DNA of 63,947 nucleotides, filler included, from Octopus bimaculoides (taxonomy: Eukaryota), in NCBI RefSeq assembly GCF_001194135.2. It is 6 parts of 4 records of this genome, joined end to end, with 100 filler letters (N's around TTAATTAATTAA, not from the genome) between each part and the next. Parts side by side here need not be neighbours in the genome. Positions count along the whole stretch, not along the records: positions 13,820 to 29,192 come from NC_068981.1; 5 more parts are not named here. One strand, given 5' to 3'. The position numbers and the translations under genes are program-made. This document shows, one piece after another, positions 14,075 through 26,656 of the stretch; position 1 is the stretch's first letter, and the number at the start of each line of letters is the position of its first letter. A model generated the notes under the pieces. The model was not told where the DNA came from. It ran no database searches and saw only the letters and a list, made by a program, of their open reading frames with translations.

Positions 14075-14149
14075 CAATGATAATAATAAAGAATAAAAAG
14101 TTTTGAATGGTACAACAAAGCACTATAATACAAATTTTATTTAATTTGC

Positions 14150-14571
14150 TTTGCGGAAACGACTGTTTGAACGAAGACGCGTCTTGTCCCAAGCGATCGA
14201 AACGCGGAATAGATAAAACAGGGGACAACTGATAAAGGGGTATATTCTTTATGTTGCATGTCTCGTTTCTGTATTTGTTTCTTTCGTTGTTTGAAAAAAA
14301 AGTTCCTTTTCCATGTTTTTGTTTTTCTTGTTCTCGTTTTTCATGTTGCTCACGTTTTTTTCTTTTGGCGTCCTGTACTCATATATGCATGTGCATAGAC
14401 ATATATATGTAGATATGTACATATATGTATGTATATATGCATATATATTATTTAAGAGCGTAGGCTCGAAACGTTAAAGCCTTTTTCAGTTCCCGAGTGT
14501 TATACTAATACATCTGTTTGCTTTCTACACCACCTGACTTCGTCTTTTGTTTTTTGTATTGTGAATTCTCC

Positions 14572-14575
<4 letters not shown>
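14150..14575 (+). repeat. interspersed repeat, probably PLE-derived and non-autonomous
   Basis: GGGACAACTGAT(A/G)AGGGG...TTATGTTGCATGTCTCGTTTC recurs at ~62450. GAGCGTAGGCTCGAAAC...GTTATACTAATACATCT recurs at ~26895 and ~49260. Confidence 0.7.
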
Positions 14576-14608
<33 letters not shown>

Positions 14609-15522
14609 NNNNNNNNNNNNNNNNNNNNNNNNNNNNNNNNNNNNNNNNNNNNNNNNNNNNNNNNNNNNNNNNNNNNNNNNNNNNNNNNNNNNNNNNNNNN
14701 NNNNNNNNNNNNNNNNNNNNNNNNNNNNNNNNNNNNNNNNNNNNNNNNNNNNNNNNNNNNNNNNNNNNNNNNNNNNNNNNNNNNNNNNNNNNNNNNNNNN
14801 NNNNNNNNNNNNNNNNNNNNNNNNNNNNNNNNNNNNNNNNNNNNNNNNNNNNNNNNNNNNNNNNNNNNNNNNNNNNNNNNNNNNNNNNNNNNNNNNNNNN
14901 NNNNNNNNNNNNNNNNNNNNNNNNNNNNNNNNNNNNNNNNNNNNNNNNNNNNNNNNNNNNNNNNNNNNNNNNNNNNNNNNNNNNNNNNNNNNNNNNNNNN
15001 NNNNNNNNNNNNNNNNNNNNNNNNNNNNNNNNNNNNNNNNNNNNNNNNNNNNNNNNNNNNNNNNNNNNNNNNNNNNNNNNNNNNNNNNNNNNNNNNNNNN
15101 NNNNNNNNNNNNNNNNNNNNNNNNNNNNNNNNNNNNNNNNNNNNNNNNNNNNNNNNNNNNNNNNNNNNNNNNNNNNNNNNNNNNNNNNNNNNNNNNNNNN
15201 NNNNNNNNNNNNNNNNNNNNNNNNNNNNNNNNNNNNNNNNNNNNNNNNNNNNNNNNNNNNNNNNNNNNNNNNNNNNNNNNNNNNNNNNNNNNNNNNNNNN
15301 NNNNNNNNNNNNNNNNNNNNNNNNNNNNNNNNNNNNNNNNNNNNNNNNNNNNNNNNNNNNNNNNNNNNNNNNNNNNNNNNNNNNNNNNNNNNNNNNNNNN
15401 NNNNNNNNNNNNNNNNNNNNNNNNNNNNNNNNNNNNNNNNNNNNNNNNNNNNNNNNNNNNNNNNNNNNNNNNNNNNNNNNNNNNNNNNNNNNNNNNNNNN
15501 NNNNNNNNNNNNNNNNNNNNNN

Positions 15523-15601
15523 AGGAGGAGGAGGAGGAGGAGGGAGTGGATGATGTTGATGATGGTAGTGGTGGTGGTGGTGGTGGTATTGATGGTGATG
15601 C

Positions 15602-15634
<33 letters not shown>

Positions 15635-15638
15635 CGAC

Positions 15639-15685
<47 letters not shown>

Positions 15686-15790
15686 CGATGATGATGATGG
15701 AAAACAAAAGCAACAACAACAACAAAAACGAAAACAAAAAAGAAGAAGAAGAAGAAGAAGAAGAACAACAACAACAACAACAACGACAAG
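15523..15790. repeat. compound (GGA)/(GAT)/(CAA)/(GAA) microsatellite
   Basis: Direct reading of the sequence. Confidence 0.95.
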
Positions 15791-16114
15791 GATGCCGTGC
15801 ACGAGTTAACAGGATAGTGATTTAAAAGAATGTTGTTGGGGGTTTATGGAGAGTAGGAGGGGAAGATCTTCGAGGAGAGGGAAGGGGTCTTCGGGGAGGG
15901 GATGGGGGCGTTCTGTTTTGTTTTAGTTAATGAAGTAGTAAGATATTGATGAGGTGACGATGGGGGTCAAGGTCGGAGCGGTGAGACTAGAAGCTAAATA
16001 AATACAAAACGACCTTTTTACAAGAACACAAAAAACACACGCACACACACCATAAATATTTATACACACACACATATATGAATGCACACACTCACGCACA
16101 TATATATATGCATA

Positions 16115-16169
<55 letters not shown>

Positions 16170-16699
16170 TAGCATACCATCGTGTATAGAGAGATAGACA
16201 CACACACATATGTATGTATGTATATATACATATATATATATATATGTGTGTGTGTGTGTATGTGTGTGTGTGTGCAGGTGTGTGCATGTATACATAGATA
16301 CATATATACACACATACATACATACATACATATACATGTATTTGAGAGTCTACGTAAAGTCTTTCCTTCAACTCGAGGACCTGGCACTCTGCTGCATCAC
16401 CAAACGAACATTCTTTAAATACATGAAGCATGTGTCCTGTATGAACAGACGGGAAACGGAGTGAAGGGCGACAGATCTGAAAATGAGACTATGACATCAA
16501 GAACTGGAGTGGAAGGACCCTGACAGTTGTGCGACTGAAATATGAGACCCCTCAGCACACACTGCAGTCGCTGAACAACATCATGAACAACGGTTTTTCT
16601 GAGGTCCATGGTCCTCATGTAAAATACTCAATCGCATAGATTACAACTACATACACCAAGGTAAGACAAGGTAATTGGTTAGTTATCGCCGGACGCAGT

Positions 16700-17290
16700 A
16701 ATAATAATCGAGAGAGAAAGCTGGAAAAATATTGGAGGTTTATTTAGATATCAGCTATTGTTAAGTGCAAAATGATAGATAAACTTACGAACAAACAGTT
16801 TCGTACGCATGACAGATTGCCTAAGGTCTTCGTGGGCAGTCAACAAGCGACATTAACCAGGATGTTTATTATCCTTAAACACAAGCAGTCATTGTTATGT
16901 GAATAACTGCGTTATCGTAAGAATGTACTCGAACGTGTAACCATCAATAACTAGCTTGCATTATACCTACGATTCGTATACTGTTGCATAAAAATACAAA
17001 CTATAAAGGTCGCAAAAGTTCCATCCCCAGAATGATCTGAAATTATTTAGGGTGAGATGTGGAATTTAAACAAACAATGCAATTATGGTGTGATCTGCTT
17101 AAACTGACCCACGAACTGAGTACTGAACGAAGTTCTCTCCCAATACATGTTTCACCAGTGAAAATCTCTTTGTCGTTGTTGCAAAACTACCGAACGAAGA
17201 ATCACATGGAAAAGTTTTGATAGGCAGTTATCGGTACAGAAAAGTCACGTTTTATAGAAAATCCTTCATCAACCTTTTCAAAAGAGCAAT
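16700..17290 (-). mobile_element. possible Penelope-like endonuclease C-terminus and pLTR remnant
   Basis: Weak minus-strand similarity to the PLE C-terminal E..FI..F...LN pattern, plus a degenerate TTGATGA...GAAAC-AT-GTA motif. Confidence 0.3.
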
Positions 17291-17526
17291 GAATGCCGAA
17301 CTGAATAGGCTAAAAACAAGTGGCTAAAAAGATGAGAAACATGTGACCAAAAGCTACAGGCATGTAGTATGTTTCAATGTGATTTAATAAGTCGCACACA
17401 GGTTCTAGAAATGTATTTCTCCAGCGCAACTGCGAAACACAAAATGGTGATGATTGATGAGTTGATGAGCTGGTGGGAGAAAAGAAAGGAGTTTAGGGTT
17501 GTGTGAAGCAGGTCCCCATAGATAGA

Positions 17527-17570
<44 letters not shown>

Positions 17571-17627
17571 TAGATAGATAGATCGATAGACAGACAGACA
17601 GACAGACAGATAGACAGACAGACAGAC

Positions 17628-17680
<53 letters not shown>

Positions 17681-17879
17681 CAAACATACATACATAACTA
17701 AACACACACACATAAAATTTGCAAACAAACTTGCAGGTGCAAGAGTTACCAGTTGAAAGCTCCTCACACCGGACACTAACAGGTTTATGGGGTCATCAGG
17801 ATAGAATGTGCACTGATTGCGCAACGCCCCCCCCCACCATCCCTCACTGAAATGATGCCCCACTTGCTAGATCAACTGG

Positions 17880-18760
17880 TTACTAAGTTTCGCTCAATAT
17901 TCTTCTAGCCATTGCTCATCGTCTCTTTTTAACCAAATCCAGTGGTTCTCCTCCTCCTCCACTAGAGTTTGGCTATCTGTCATAATGATATTTGCTTTAC
18001 TATGAGTTAGGCCTTGCAATAACAACAACAATCGCTTCTCACTGTTTCCAATGATTTTTCTAAATCCAACTTGGATTGGATGGTGTTTTATTTTCCAAAA
18101 CATTATTATTTTCTCAAAGAATAATGTCATTTTTTGTTATACCTTCCTCAAGTGAAGAAATTTTAAAAGTCTTCACCACTCCTCTCCGAAGACCCTGTTC
18201 GAACCTTTGATTATCCAAACTGCTTCCAGCAACCAAAGTGGTGAAGGAAGATACCACTGTTTACACTATTCAATTTATTGATACTATCGTTTACAAATAT
18301 AATAATACAAAGCATATTTTTTTTAATTATATATTTTCGTCTATTTATCTCTCCGTAGATTATTCCAAGTATATTCTTAGTATTTTTGGAAAAGTTGGTT
18401 GTTTAGGTGAAAGAGTTGGCCATTTTACCGACATTAACCTCGTTATCAAAGTTGTTCAACTAATCTCTGCAATGGCTTGAAAAACAATAACGTTCTTCTG
18501 CTTGTTTTCAGTTGTTCAACATTAAACGCTAACTTTCGATATGTTTGCCAGGCTAACCCATCTCCGGATCACTTTAATCCATCGAAATAATTATCCCAAT
18601 AATCTCGGTTCTCTTACAAAAGCCCTTATATTTTCTCCCACCATAAGACTATCTGTTGTGGCATTACGGCAAATCTAACTTCTTAACGTCCATATAATTT
18701 ATCGTTTGCCGTATTTCGTATCTGAACTTTAAAGCATCATTAACACACCGAATAAACAAC
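17880..18760 (-). mobile_element. decayed non-LTR RT fragment (R2/Hero/NeSL-like, clade uncertain)
   Basis: ORF 17894..18130 has HPIQVGFRKIIGNSEKRLLLLLQGL, resembling the RT domain-2 P.Q.GF...G..E...LL..L pattern; SSLDNQR lies upstream. Confidence 0.45.
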
Positions 18761-18923
18761 TCTGAAGTAGCTTGCAACGAAGACACTTTGAAGTTAGCTT
18801 TGATAATAGCGGCCATAATAGTCTTTTACACAAACCTTTTTCTTCTACCTTTTTCCTCCTTTCTTTTCTTTATTTCTTTTCCTCTTCTTTTTTTTCTTAT
18901 TTCTTTCTTCTGCTACATATTTA

Positions 18924-18961
<38 letters not shown>

Positions 18962-19989
18962 TACCTTCTCTTTCAACCGTTTCTTTCTATATTTTCCTTT
19001 AATCTTTATTTTTTTCTTTTCTCCATTCATCTTTCTTTCCTTCTTTTCTTCTTGTCCGCCCCTTTACTTTCCCGATTTCATGTATTTGCTGTTGTTATTG
19101 TCGCTGTTGTTATTGTTATTGTAGTGTTTACTAAAAGTAGCAGTAGTAGTAATAGTTGTTGTTATTGTTGTTGTTCTTGTGGTGGTGGTGTTCTTGTTCT
19201 TGTTGTTCTTGCTGTTATCGTTTTTGTTGTTTCTCTTTTGGCAGTTTTTATTATTATGTACAATCACCGTGGAAATTACATTGAACGGAAAATCACAGAC
19301 AAGAAACACACAGATGAGGGGTGATGGCCATTTCTGGAATACCAAGCTGCCTTGAGAATTTCTAATCTGTTCGGCAACTTAAACTGTTTCAGACTTTTAT
19401 CGATGTTGCCTTTGATCTCTGATTGGATTTTTCCCCGCCATTTATTCTCTGGCTTGAAAATGTCTGTTTAGCGGCCGCCCTGATATTCTTCACACATTTC
19501 TCTACGAAAAGTGGTTTGTTTCGCGTCAACTTTATCTCTTAGGCAAATCTATCTAACTTCTGATAACCCCGAATTCTCCACTCAGAACAAATGGGTGAGT
19601 CACCCGTTCAAAAAGGACCCCAGGTTTAAGTGTTTGAGTTATCCTTTCATTACAGAATTAAATTCGAATATTGAGTCTTTCCCACGATACATACATACAT
19701 ACACATATGCATACATATATACATACATATATACATACTTACATACATACATATATCTGTAAATTTCAACTATATATATCTACATATGTATGTATGTATT
19801 TATATGTATATTCTTCGTATTGTGGTTATGGAGCACTATTTTAAAGAAAGAGGTACAGTCGGTTACAGGGGAACATTTAATAATTTGATAAAAGGTGTAC
19901 AGCTGATGAAAGGTGTATAGTTAATTAAAGGGGTGAAATCGCTTAAATAAACTCGGTATTTTTTGTGCACCCCGTAGGTCGATAATTTT

Positions 19990-20110
19990 TTTTTCCTACT
20001 CTAGGCACAAGACCCGAAATTTTTGGGGAGGGGGCCAGTCGATTAGATCGACCCNNNNNNNNNNTTCTACTCTAGGCACAAGGCCCGAAATTTTGCGGGA
20101 GGGAGCCAGT
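19990..20110 (-). mobile_element. SINE family B 3' tail, duplicated across a 10-N gap
   Basis: CTACTCTAGGCACAAG(A/G)CCCGAAATTTT occurs on both sides of the gap. Confidence 0.8.
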
Positions 20111-20299
20111 CGTAATGATAGACGATTCTGCTCGCTTGCCGCTTTGACGGTAAAAATATATGCCATTGACAGCAGATGGAAGATACTATTTTACATAGAG
20201 AGTTTAATTTACAATTATCATACGATATTCAAGGTACCGTTAATATACCGCATACCACATGCAAAATAACATTTTTATACAAAATATTTCTATACATAG

Positions 20300-20480
20300 G
20301 AGCAGGTGAGGCTGTGTGGTAATAAGACTGCGTCCCAAACACATGGCTCCGAGTTCAGTCGCACTGCGTGGCAACTTGAGCAAGTGTCTCCTGCTATAGC
20401 CTTGGCCCGTCTAAAGACTTATGAGTGAGTTTGGTAGACGTACACTACAAGAAGCCCATCGCGCGCGTGTGTATGCGTGC
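20300..20480 (+). mobile_element. SINE family A, 5' half
   Basis: GGCTGTGTGGTAATAAG...GAGTTCAGTCGCACTGCGTGGCAACTTGAGCAAGTGTC. Confidence 0.8.
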
Positions 20481-20486
20481 GTGTCT

Positions 20487-20531
<45 letters not shown>

Positions 20532-21177
20532 CAAATATGAAATCTTCACCACGTTAAATCGCAACCTAACGGCAAATACACGAAGCATAAACGTTACGTA
20601 TATGCGGTTGATAATATATGTATACATCTATTGTTCGGGGTCACNNNNNNNNNNNNNNNNNNNNNNNNNNNNNNNNNNNNNNNNNNNNNNNNNNNNNNNN
20701 NNNNNNNNNNNNNNNNNNNNNNNNNNNNNNNNNNNNNNNNNNNNNNNNNNNNNNNNNNNNNNNNNNNNNNNNNNNNNNNNNNNNNNNNNNNNNNNNNNNN
20801 NNNNNNNNNNNNNNNNNNNNNNNNNNNNNNNNNNNNNNNNNNNNNNNNNNNNNNNNNNNNNNNNNNNNNNNNNNNNNNNNNNNNNNNNNNNNNNNNNNNN
20901 NNNNNNNNNNNNNNNNNNNNNNNNNNNNNNNNNNNNNNNNNNNNNNNNNNNNNNNNNNNNNNNNNNNNNNNNNNNNNNNNNNNNNNNNTAGAGGATATAT
21001 TAACCTCGTGAAGGGATGGTTTCATCCAAGGAAATACTAGTATTTTAAGGAATGAATTTCCTTAAAAAAATAGGCATATATAAATCATATAGTTTATTTC
21101 CATTTAAAAGAAGAAAAGAAAATGAAGATTAGGAAGTTAATAATTGTTTATTATTAACAACAAATTGTTCATCTTCA

Positions 21178-21275
21178 CTTCTTACAGCCGTTTCAATTAA
21201 TACTCAATAATTTCATTACAAATTTGTACATTAAATTTACATTTATGTGACATGAGCATAATTTCATCAGAGGAA
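21178..21275 (-). ncRNA. type I hammerhead ribozyme motif (mirror copy)
   Basis: Reverse complement of CTGATGA at 21264-21270, GAAAC at 21190-21194 and GTA at 21183-21185. Confidence 0.75.
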
Positions 21276-21325
21276 AAAAAGATGTAGCTTTGGCTATTAC
21301 ATGTGGGCTTATCAATTCATTTTTT

Positions 21326-21411
21326 TTCCTCTGATGAAATTATACTCATGTCACATAAATGTAAATTTAATGTATAAATTATTGAGTATTAATTGAAACG
21401 GCTGTAAGAAG
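21326..21411 (+). ncRNA. type I hammerhead ribozyme motif
   Basis: CTGATGA 21331-21337; stem II AATTATACTCA/TGAGTATTAATT; GAAAC 21395-21399, loop GGCT, GTA 21404-21406; stem I TTCCT/AGAAG with one mismatch. Confidence 0.75.
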
Positions 21412-21639
21412 TGAAGACGAACAATTTGTTGTTAATAATAAGCAATTATTAACTTCCTAATCTTCATTTTCTTTTCTTCTTTTAAATGGATATATATGTA
21501 CAGAGAGAGAGAACGGGGGAGAGAGCGAGAAAGAGGGAGAGAGAGAGAGAGAGGTAATTACGTGGATAAACAAATTAAATATAACAGGTTGGATTTGACA
21601 TACACGCATACACACACGCACAAATAGGATCAAAGATCC

Positions 21640-21865
21640 TTCCGCTCTTAAGGCTCTTAAGGCTCTTAAGGCTGTTTTTTCGGATTCTTCCCTGGATGTG
21701 ACACCGATCCGTCGCAGGATTACTCCTTAGTACCAGCTGAGTGGACTGGCGCACCGTGAAAAGAGGTGTTTTGCTTAAGAACACAACGCATCACCCGGTC
21801 CGGAACCGAAACCACAATCTCACGATCATAAGCGCAACGCCCTAAATACTAAATCAGTGCCTCCG
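21640..21865 (-). mobile_element. tRNA-derived SINE (family D)
   Basis: Minus strand reads GGAGGCACTGATTTAGTATTTAGGGCG...GGTTTCGGTTCC then TTGTGTTCTTAAGCAAAACAC. Confidence 0.7.
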
Positions 21866-21886
21866 TGCACACATACGTATACACAC

Positions 21887-21944
<58 letters not shown>

Positions 21945-21999
21945 TTATTTTGCTGTGGTCATTGTTTGGGCATCTAAAAGAGTATCCCTGCAACTATTC

Positions 22000-22500
22000 C
22001 TTCCATAATCTAGGTCTAGAGCCGTGTGATTCATGATTAAGTTTAAATCTGAACATTACAGCTTTCGGCCCCGACACCATGGGTTCCGGGATACAGTTAT
22101 CTGCTCCTCCACTTGGCCATATATTAGGTACCTCTCTAAATTAGAATAAATGAGATTACTGAGGGGGTGCCATTCCGGAAGCTTATGTTATTAAGACTGA
22201 TCTTTCTGCAGCCAGACAACTAAATCTAAGTTGTTTATAACCCGACCAAAATCGAGTGACCTAAACCCTTCGGGGGTTTTGAAATATTTCCGGGTATTTA
22301 TTGAGTTGGTGGATGATTGGGACGGTTTGTAAGGGACACATGTTGGGATTTGGAGTGTAACACATCAGACATCGTAGTTCTTTTGTACCACGTCAGATCT
22401 TTTTAGGCAGGTCGATGATTAAAGACGTTCTCACAGTTATATAAGGAAGAAGGTTGAGATTTTAGAATGATCTAGTCATTATTTCTAGCTGTTCCAATGA
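22000..22500 (-). mobile_element. possible decayed Penelope-like RT fragment
   Basis: Weak motif PEWHPLSNLI, resembling PLE GP.CPT.RLSNL.D; heavily degraded. Confidence 0.3.
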
Positions 22501-22914
22501 GCGCGTAGAAATTCTTTCGTTGTTGTTGTTGTTGATATTGAGGATGATAGTGATGACAAACTCTTATCAAAATCCGATCAAATTATTTAAGATGAAAACG
22601 TTGAGATATTGTATGTTTCATTATATCAAGATATCTACTTAAGTTTTATATAAATATTGTTAGAAATATCAATTTAAGAAAGAAAAGACGAAATGCAGCA
22701 TTATCAGGAATCGAACTGCCACCTTACAGCTTTGCAGGTGACTGTTTATTCTACGAACTAAATGCCAGTGATTCCTGCTTCACAAATTCGATATTATAAA
22801 TCTTTATTTTTTTCTGCTATTTTATCTCCACAAATTGGTCGGTTACTTAATGCCAGGAGGACAGGTATTCCGCTATTACACATGACAGTGAGATGCTTAT
22901 AATTATCTTTTTTT

Positions 22915-23281
22915 TTTATGCGCCCTTTTAAAGCCTAGCCAGGCTCATGGGCCCGGTTTTCCTGTTTCTATAGCGTATGTGTTCCCCCCAGCTGGACAGG
23001 ACGCCAGTCCATCGCAGCGTTACTCAAGAAACAGGAAGAAAGCGTGAGGGAAAGTTGGGGCGAAAGAGTACAATAGGGGTCGCCACCACCCCCNNNNNNN
23101 NNNCGTGAGGGAAAGTTGGGGCGAAAGAGTACAATAGGGGTCGCCACCACCCCCTGCCGGAGCCTCGTGGTGCTTTTGGTGTTTTCGCTCAATAAACACA
23201 CACAACGCCCGGTCTGGGAATCGAAACCGCGATCCTCTGACCGCGAGTCCGCTGCCCTAACCACTGGGCCATTGCACCTCC
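22915..23281 (-). mobile_element. tRNA-derived SINE (family C) with V/mermaid-like central domain
   Basis: Head GGAGGTGCAATGGCCCAGTGGTTAGGGCAGCGGACTCGCGGTCAGAGGATCGCGGTTTCGATTCCC has A and B boxes; the core is GCTGCGATGGACTGGCGTCCTGTCCAG. Confidence 0.85.
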
Positions 23282-23754
23282 AGATGTTTATAATACAATC
23301 AACATAACAGAGAAAAAATAAAGGTTTACGAAGAGAGAATGCTTGGTAATCTGTAGTGTAACTGGTGGCGCCCTCACTCGGCAAACAAGAGACGCAGGAT
23401 TCAAATCCCGTCAGTGGGCATGTTGTACTTCTCATACTTCATTTGGTACTTACATTGACTATTATGTCTAATACTATTTACATTTAACTCAAACTACTAT
23501 TATAGAATGTGGGATTCTGCGATGTATTATTCTACAGCAAAATGTCATGTGAGAAACTGAAGAAAAATGTTCAAATTGGTTCCAGTATTTTCATTATTGA
23601 ATATAGCAGAAAATAGTTGACATTATTCCAATATTTCTCAATAATTGAATCTACATTTTATCTTTGCCACAGAATTAAACTCTTTCTCTTAGAACCCAGC
23701 GCAGCTCAGCAGAATGAGAGTTTCCTCTGTCGTTTGTACCGGAAACATTCTTTT

Positions 23755-23970
23755 ATTCTCTTATTCTTTTACTTGTTTTAGTCATTTGACTGCGGCCATG
23801 CTGGAGCACCGCCTTTTAGTCGAGCAAATCGACCTCAGGACTTATTCGTTGTAAGCCTAGTACTTATTCGATCGGTCTCTTTTGCCGAAACGCTAGGTTA
23901 CGGAGACGTAGACACACCAACATCGGTTGTGAAGCAATGGTAGTAGGGGGCAACACAGACACACAAATAC
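23755..23970 (-). mobile_element. SINE family A, 3' half
   Basis: GTCATTTGACTGCGGCCATGCTGGAGCACCGCCTTTTAGTCGAGCAAATCGAC. Confidence 0.9.
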
Positions 23971-23973
23971 ATT

Positions 23974-24013
<40 letters not shown>

Positions 24014-24321
24014 TAGTTATCGCCAAGCTAACATGGCACTCTAGGAAAAATAGGACGAATGCTGCCGTTGATTAGATCCAAGAGGCCATCGCCTCTAGCT
24101 AGCTATGTGACACACGAGACTGTGTCCATCCTCGAACAGAGGAGGTCATCCGCTTCCCCTTGCTGGTCTGGCATTTACAGACTAGTTTACCGCGAAACTA
24201 GTTATAATGGACACAGGCTCGTGTGTCACATAGCTAGCTAGAGGCGATGGCCTCTTGAAGCTAATCAACGGAAGCATTCGTTCTATTTTCCTGGACTGCC
24301 ATGTTAGCTTGGCGATAACTA
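24014..24321. mobile_element. MITE, 308 bp, ~105-bp imperfect TIRs, TTAA on both flanks
   Basis: TTAA|TAGTTATCGCCAAGCTAACATGGCA ... TGCCATGTTAGCTTGGCGATAACTA|TTAA; non-coding interior. Confidence 0.85.
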
Positions 24322-24394
24322 TTAATATCCAGTACCACTGCTGTAGTCTCCTTTAGAGAGACTTAGAAATGTTAATATTTATATATACACATAT

Positions 24395-24545
24395 ATGGCG
24401 GGCTTCTTTCAGTTTCCGTCTGCCAAGAAGTGTCTTCTATTATAGCCCAAGTCTACGGTAGAAGGCATTTGGCCAAGGTGCCATGCAACCCGGAACCATG
24501 TGGTTGGTAAGCAAGCTACTGACCACGCAAATCAATGCAATGGGA
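24395..24545 (-). mobile_element. SINE family A, 5' half with internal deletion
   Basis: GGCGGGCTTCTTTCAGTTTCCGTCTGCC...CCCGGAACCATGTGGTTGGTAAGCAAGCTAC. Confidence 0.8.
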
Positions 24546-25592
24546 TCCCTTAAGTACATAACCGAAGTGTACATACGGCCTTTTAGACCCCTAGGCCACC
24601 CGGGCATCTGCCCAGTGTCTCATGCTTTAAAAGGGCGTTGGTATATTCTTCCTTCATTGCTAATGATCATATATTTTCCAGTCTAATCTGGTAAGGAAAT
24701 AAGAACTGGAGACGTCTTCGCTGGTTTGTCGCTATTCCTTCGAGTCTGTCTGTAAAACTTCTTTCAATTCTAAGACAGGAATGGTGCTTGTATCAGAGAC
24801 ACACATACAGCATGCTCCAGAAGCAACAAAACTCAAGAAGCTTTAATCTCTTGATGTAAGGATTCAAATCGCATGTCTTCGACGTTGCCTTATAAAACTG
24901 AGAATATTCAATCTTTTGGCTTTTATACAAGAAAGAATGTAAAGACTGAAAGGATTGCAGAGTTTCACGACATCACTTTGTATTTTTGTTGTTTTATTGC
25001 AGACACGAGGATTTTAGAAATCATCCATGTTATTTTTGATAGACATGAACTGCTACATACGACATTTTGAGTTAAGAGTTTTGTTGTAAAACCCAGATCT
25101 CGAAAAACAAGTGAGAAAAATGTGGCGTTAACAAAAACGTTGGCGATGAATCTGTCATGGCCCTCATATAGATCATATAGATGAATGTTACAAGAATTTA
25201 GTGATCCAAAGAATCTTTCAAGCAAAATTACTGTTGTTGGTGGTGTTGGTGTTGTTAAATCTAAGGTCTGTTCTGATCCAACAGATCTCTGATCGAAGTT
25301 ATTCTGTAATCTGCTTTTCATTCAAACTGCATCATCCAATGTATTCTTTAATTAATTTTTTTTTTTACAAGGATTGAATTGTGTTTTGAGTGAGGCTTCG
25401 TTACCAATTCTGTGGACGTGCGACAGCAACGAGGCAGCATGGCTAGCTCAAATATACGTGGGGCTTCAAATTGGCGTGGCGTGGGTTGATATTACGGAAA
25501 CGTCTCACCAGAAAAACTTGTAATTATTGAACCATGTTGACAACAGTCGTCTAGCACCAGCCACTGAATTATATAGAATGTATATAATTCAG

Positions 25593-25645
<53 letters not shown>

Positions 25646-26619
25646 CCCACTTTTGCTGTCCTTTTCCATTTTCTTTCGGCTCATTTCATTTCCTATATGT
25701 ATGTGTGTGTGTGTCTGCATACGCGTGTGTATAATCTTTTATCCTTTATCACAGAAAGTAAAACAAGAGACCATTTTGGCTTATTACTCTCACCTGCCAT
25801 TTTCTGATATTCTTCGATAACTGCAAAACTTTTAGTGAACTTTACTTTTTACTTATCTCATCTTGCATCTTTTTTTTCTTTTTTTTCCTAGGCTAAAGAC
25901 AAAAGTCCAAAGCATTGAAATCATCCCTGCTTATTCCCTGTAGTGTAACATTAATTACTTCTTATTCCTGTGTATTTGTTCTTTGTTACTTTATTCCTGA
26001 ATTTTTTATAGATGTATTACTGCTTTGAAGGAGATTCTCAGCTCTGTATTTCAATGGAGTAGACTTAAGTTGCAAGCACAAACAACAGTTTACACATGAA
26101 CTATTGTATCTATATAGATTATAGTCCATGGACACATGTATCATACATAAATATATGTATTTTGTATAAATATAGATATCTGGAGCAGATTCTAACGTAT
26201 GGTTATGTTGCTTCCTTCACAATTACGTACTTCTTGTTCTAAGATTAATTCCATTGCAAATTGGGCGAATGGTTTCTCTCTTAACCTGTAGCCAACTATT
26301 ACTTTCTTGATAAACGTTTGTCGTCAAACAATTCCATGGAATCTCTCCAAATTAACTTGGGTCAGCAAATGGTGGTGTGTGTTGCAAGGTAGATATGAAA
26401 TTAAGAGTTTGCCACACTCCGTCCGCGTCACTGTATAATATGTTTCATTTTGTATGATGATACATAACTGTCACAGTCCACCTAAGTGCAAATAAAACCT
26501 TGTTCAATTATGCTAGTAACACAAAAAATTTTAAACTGCAAACGAAGGCAATATGGAATGATTTATACATGTTGATATTTTGATCTTGAAGTTCCACTGG
26601 TCTACATATGTTATGTGCC

Positions 26620-26656
<37 letters not shown>

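Larger units (their letters stand above)
21099..21490. repeat. inverted repeat (arms ~21099-21280 and ~21319-21490), Penelope-like pLTR pair
   Basis: Arms are reverse complements apart from a few substitutions and a 12-nt indel; the spacer is ~38 bp. Confidence 0.9.

Noticed and set aside
19900-19950. CTGATGA...GAAA near 19905, and similar hits at ~39550 and ~55170
   Set aside because: No stem II or stem I pairing; chance occurrences in AT-rich DNA.
23040-23153. Direct duplications either side of 10-N gaps (also 19990-20110)
   Set aside because: Most likely unmerged contig overlaps.
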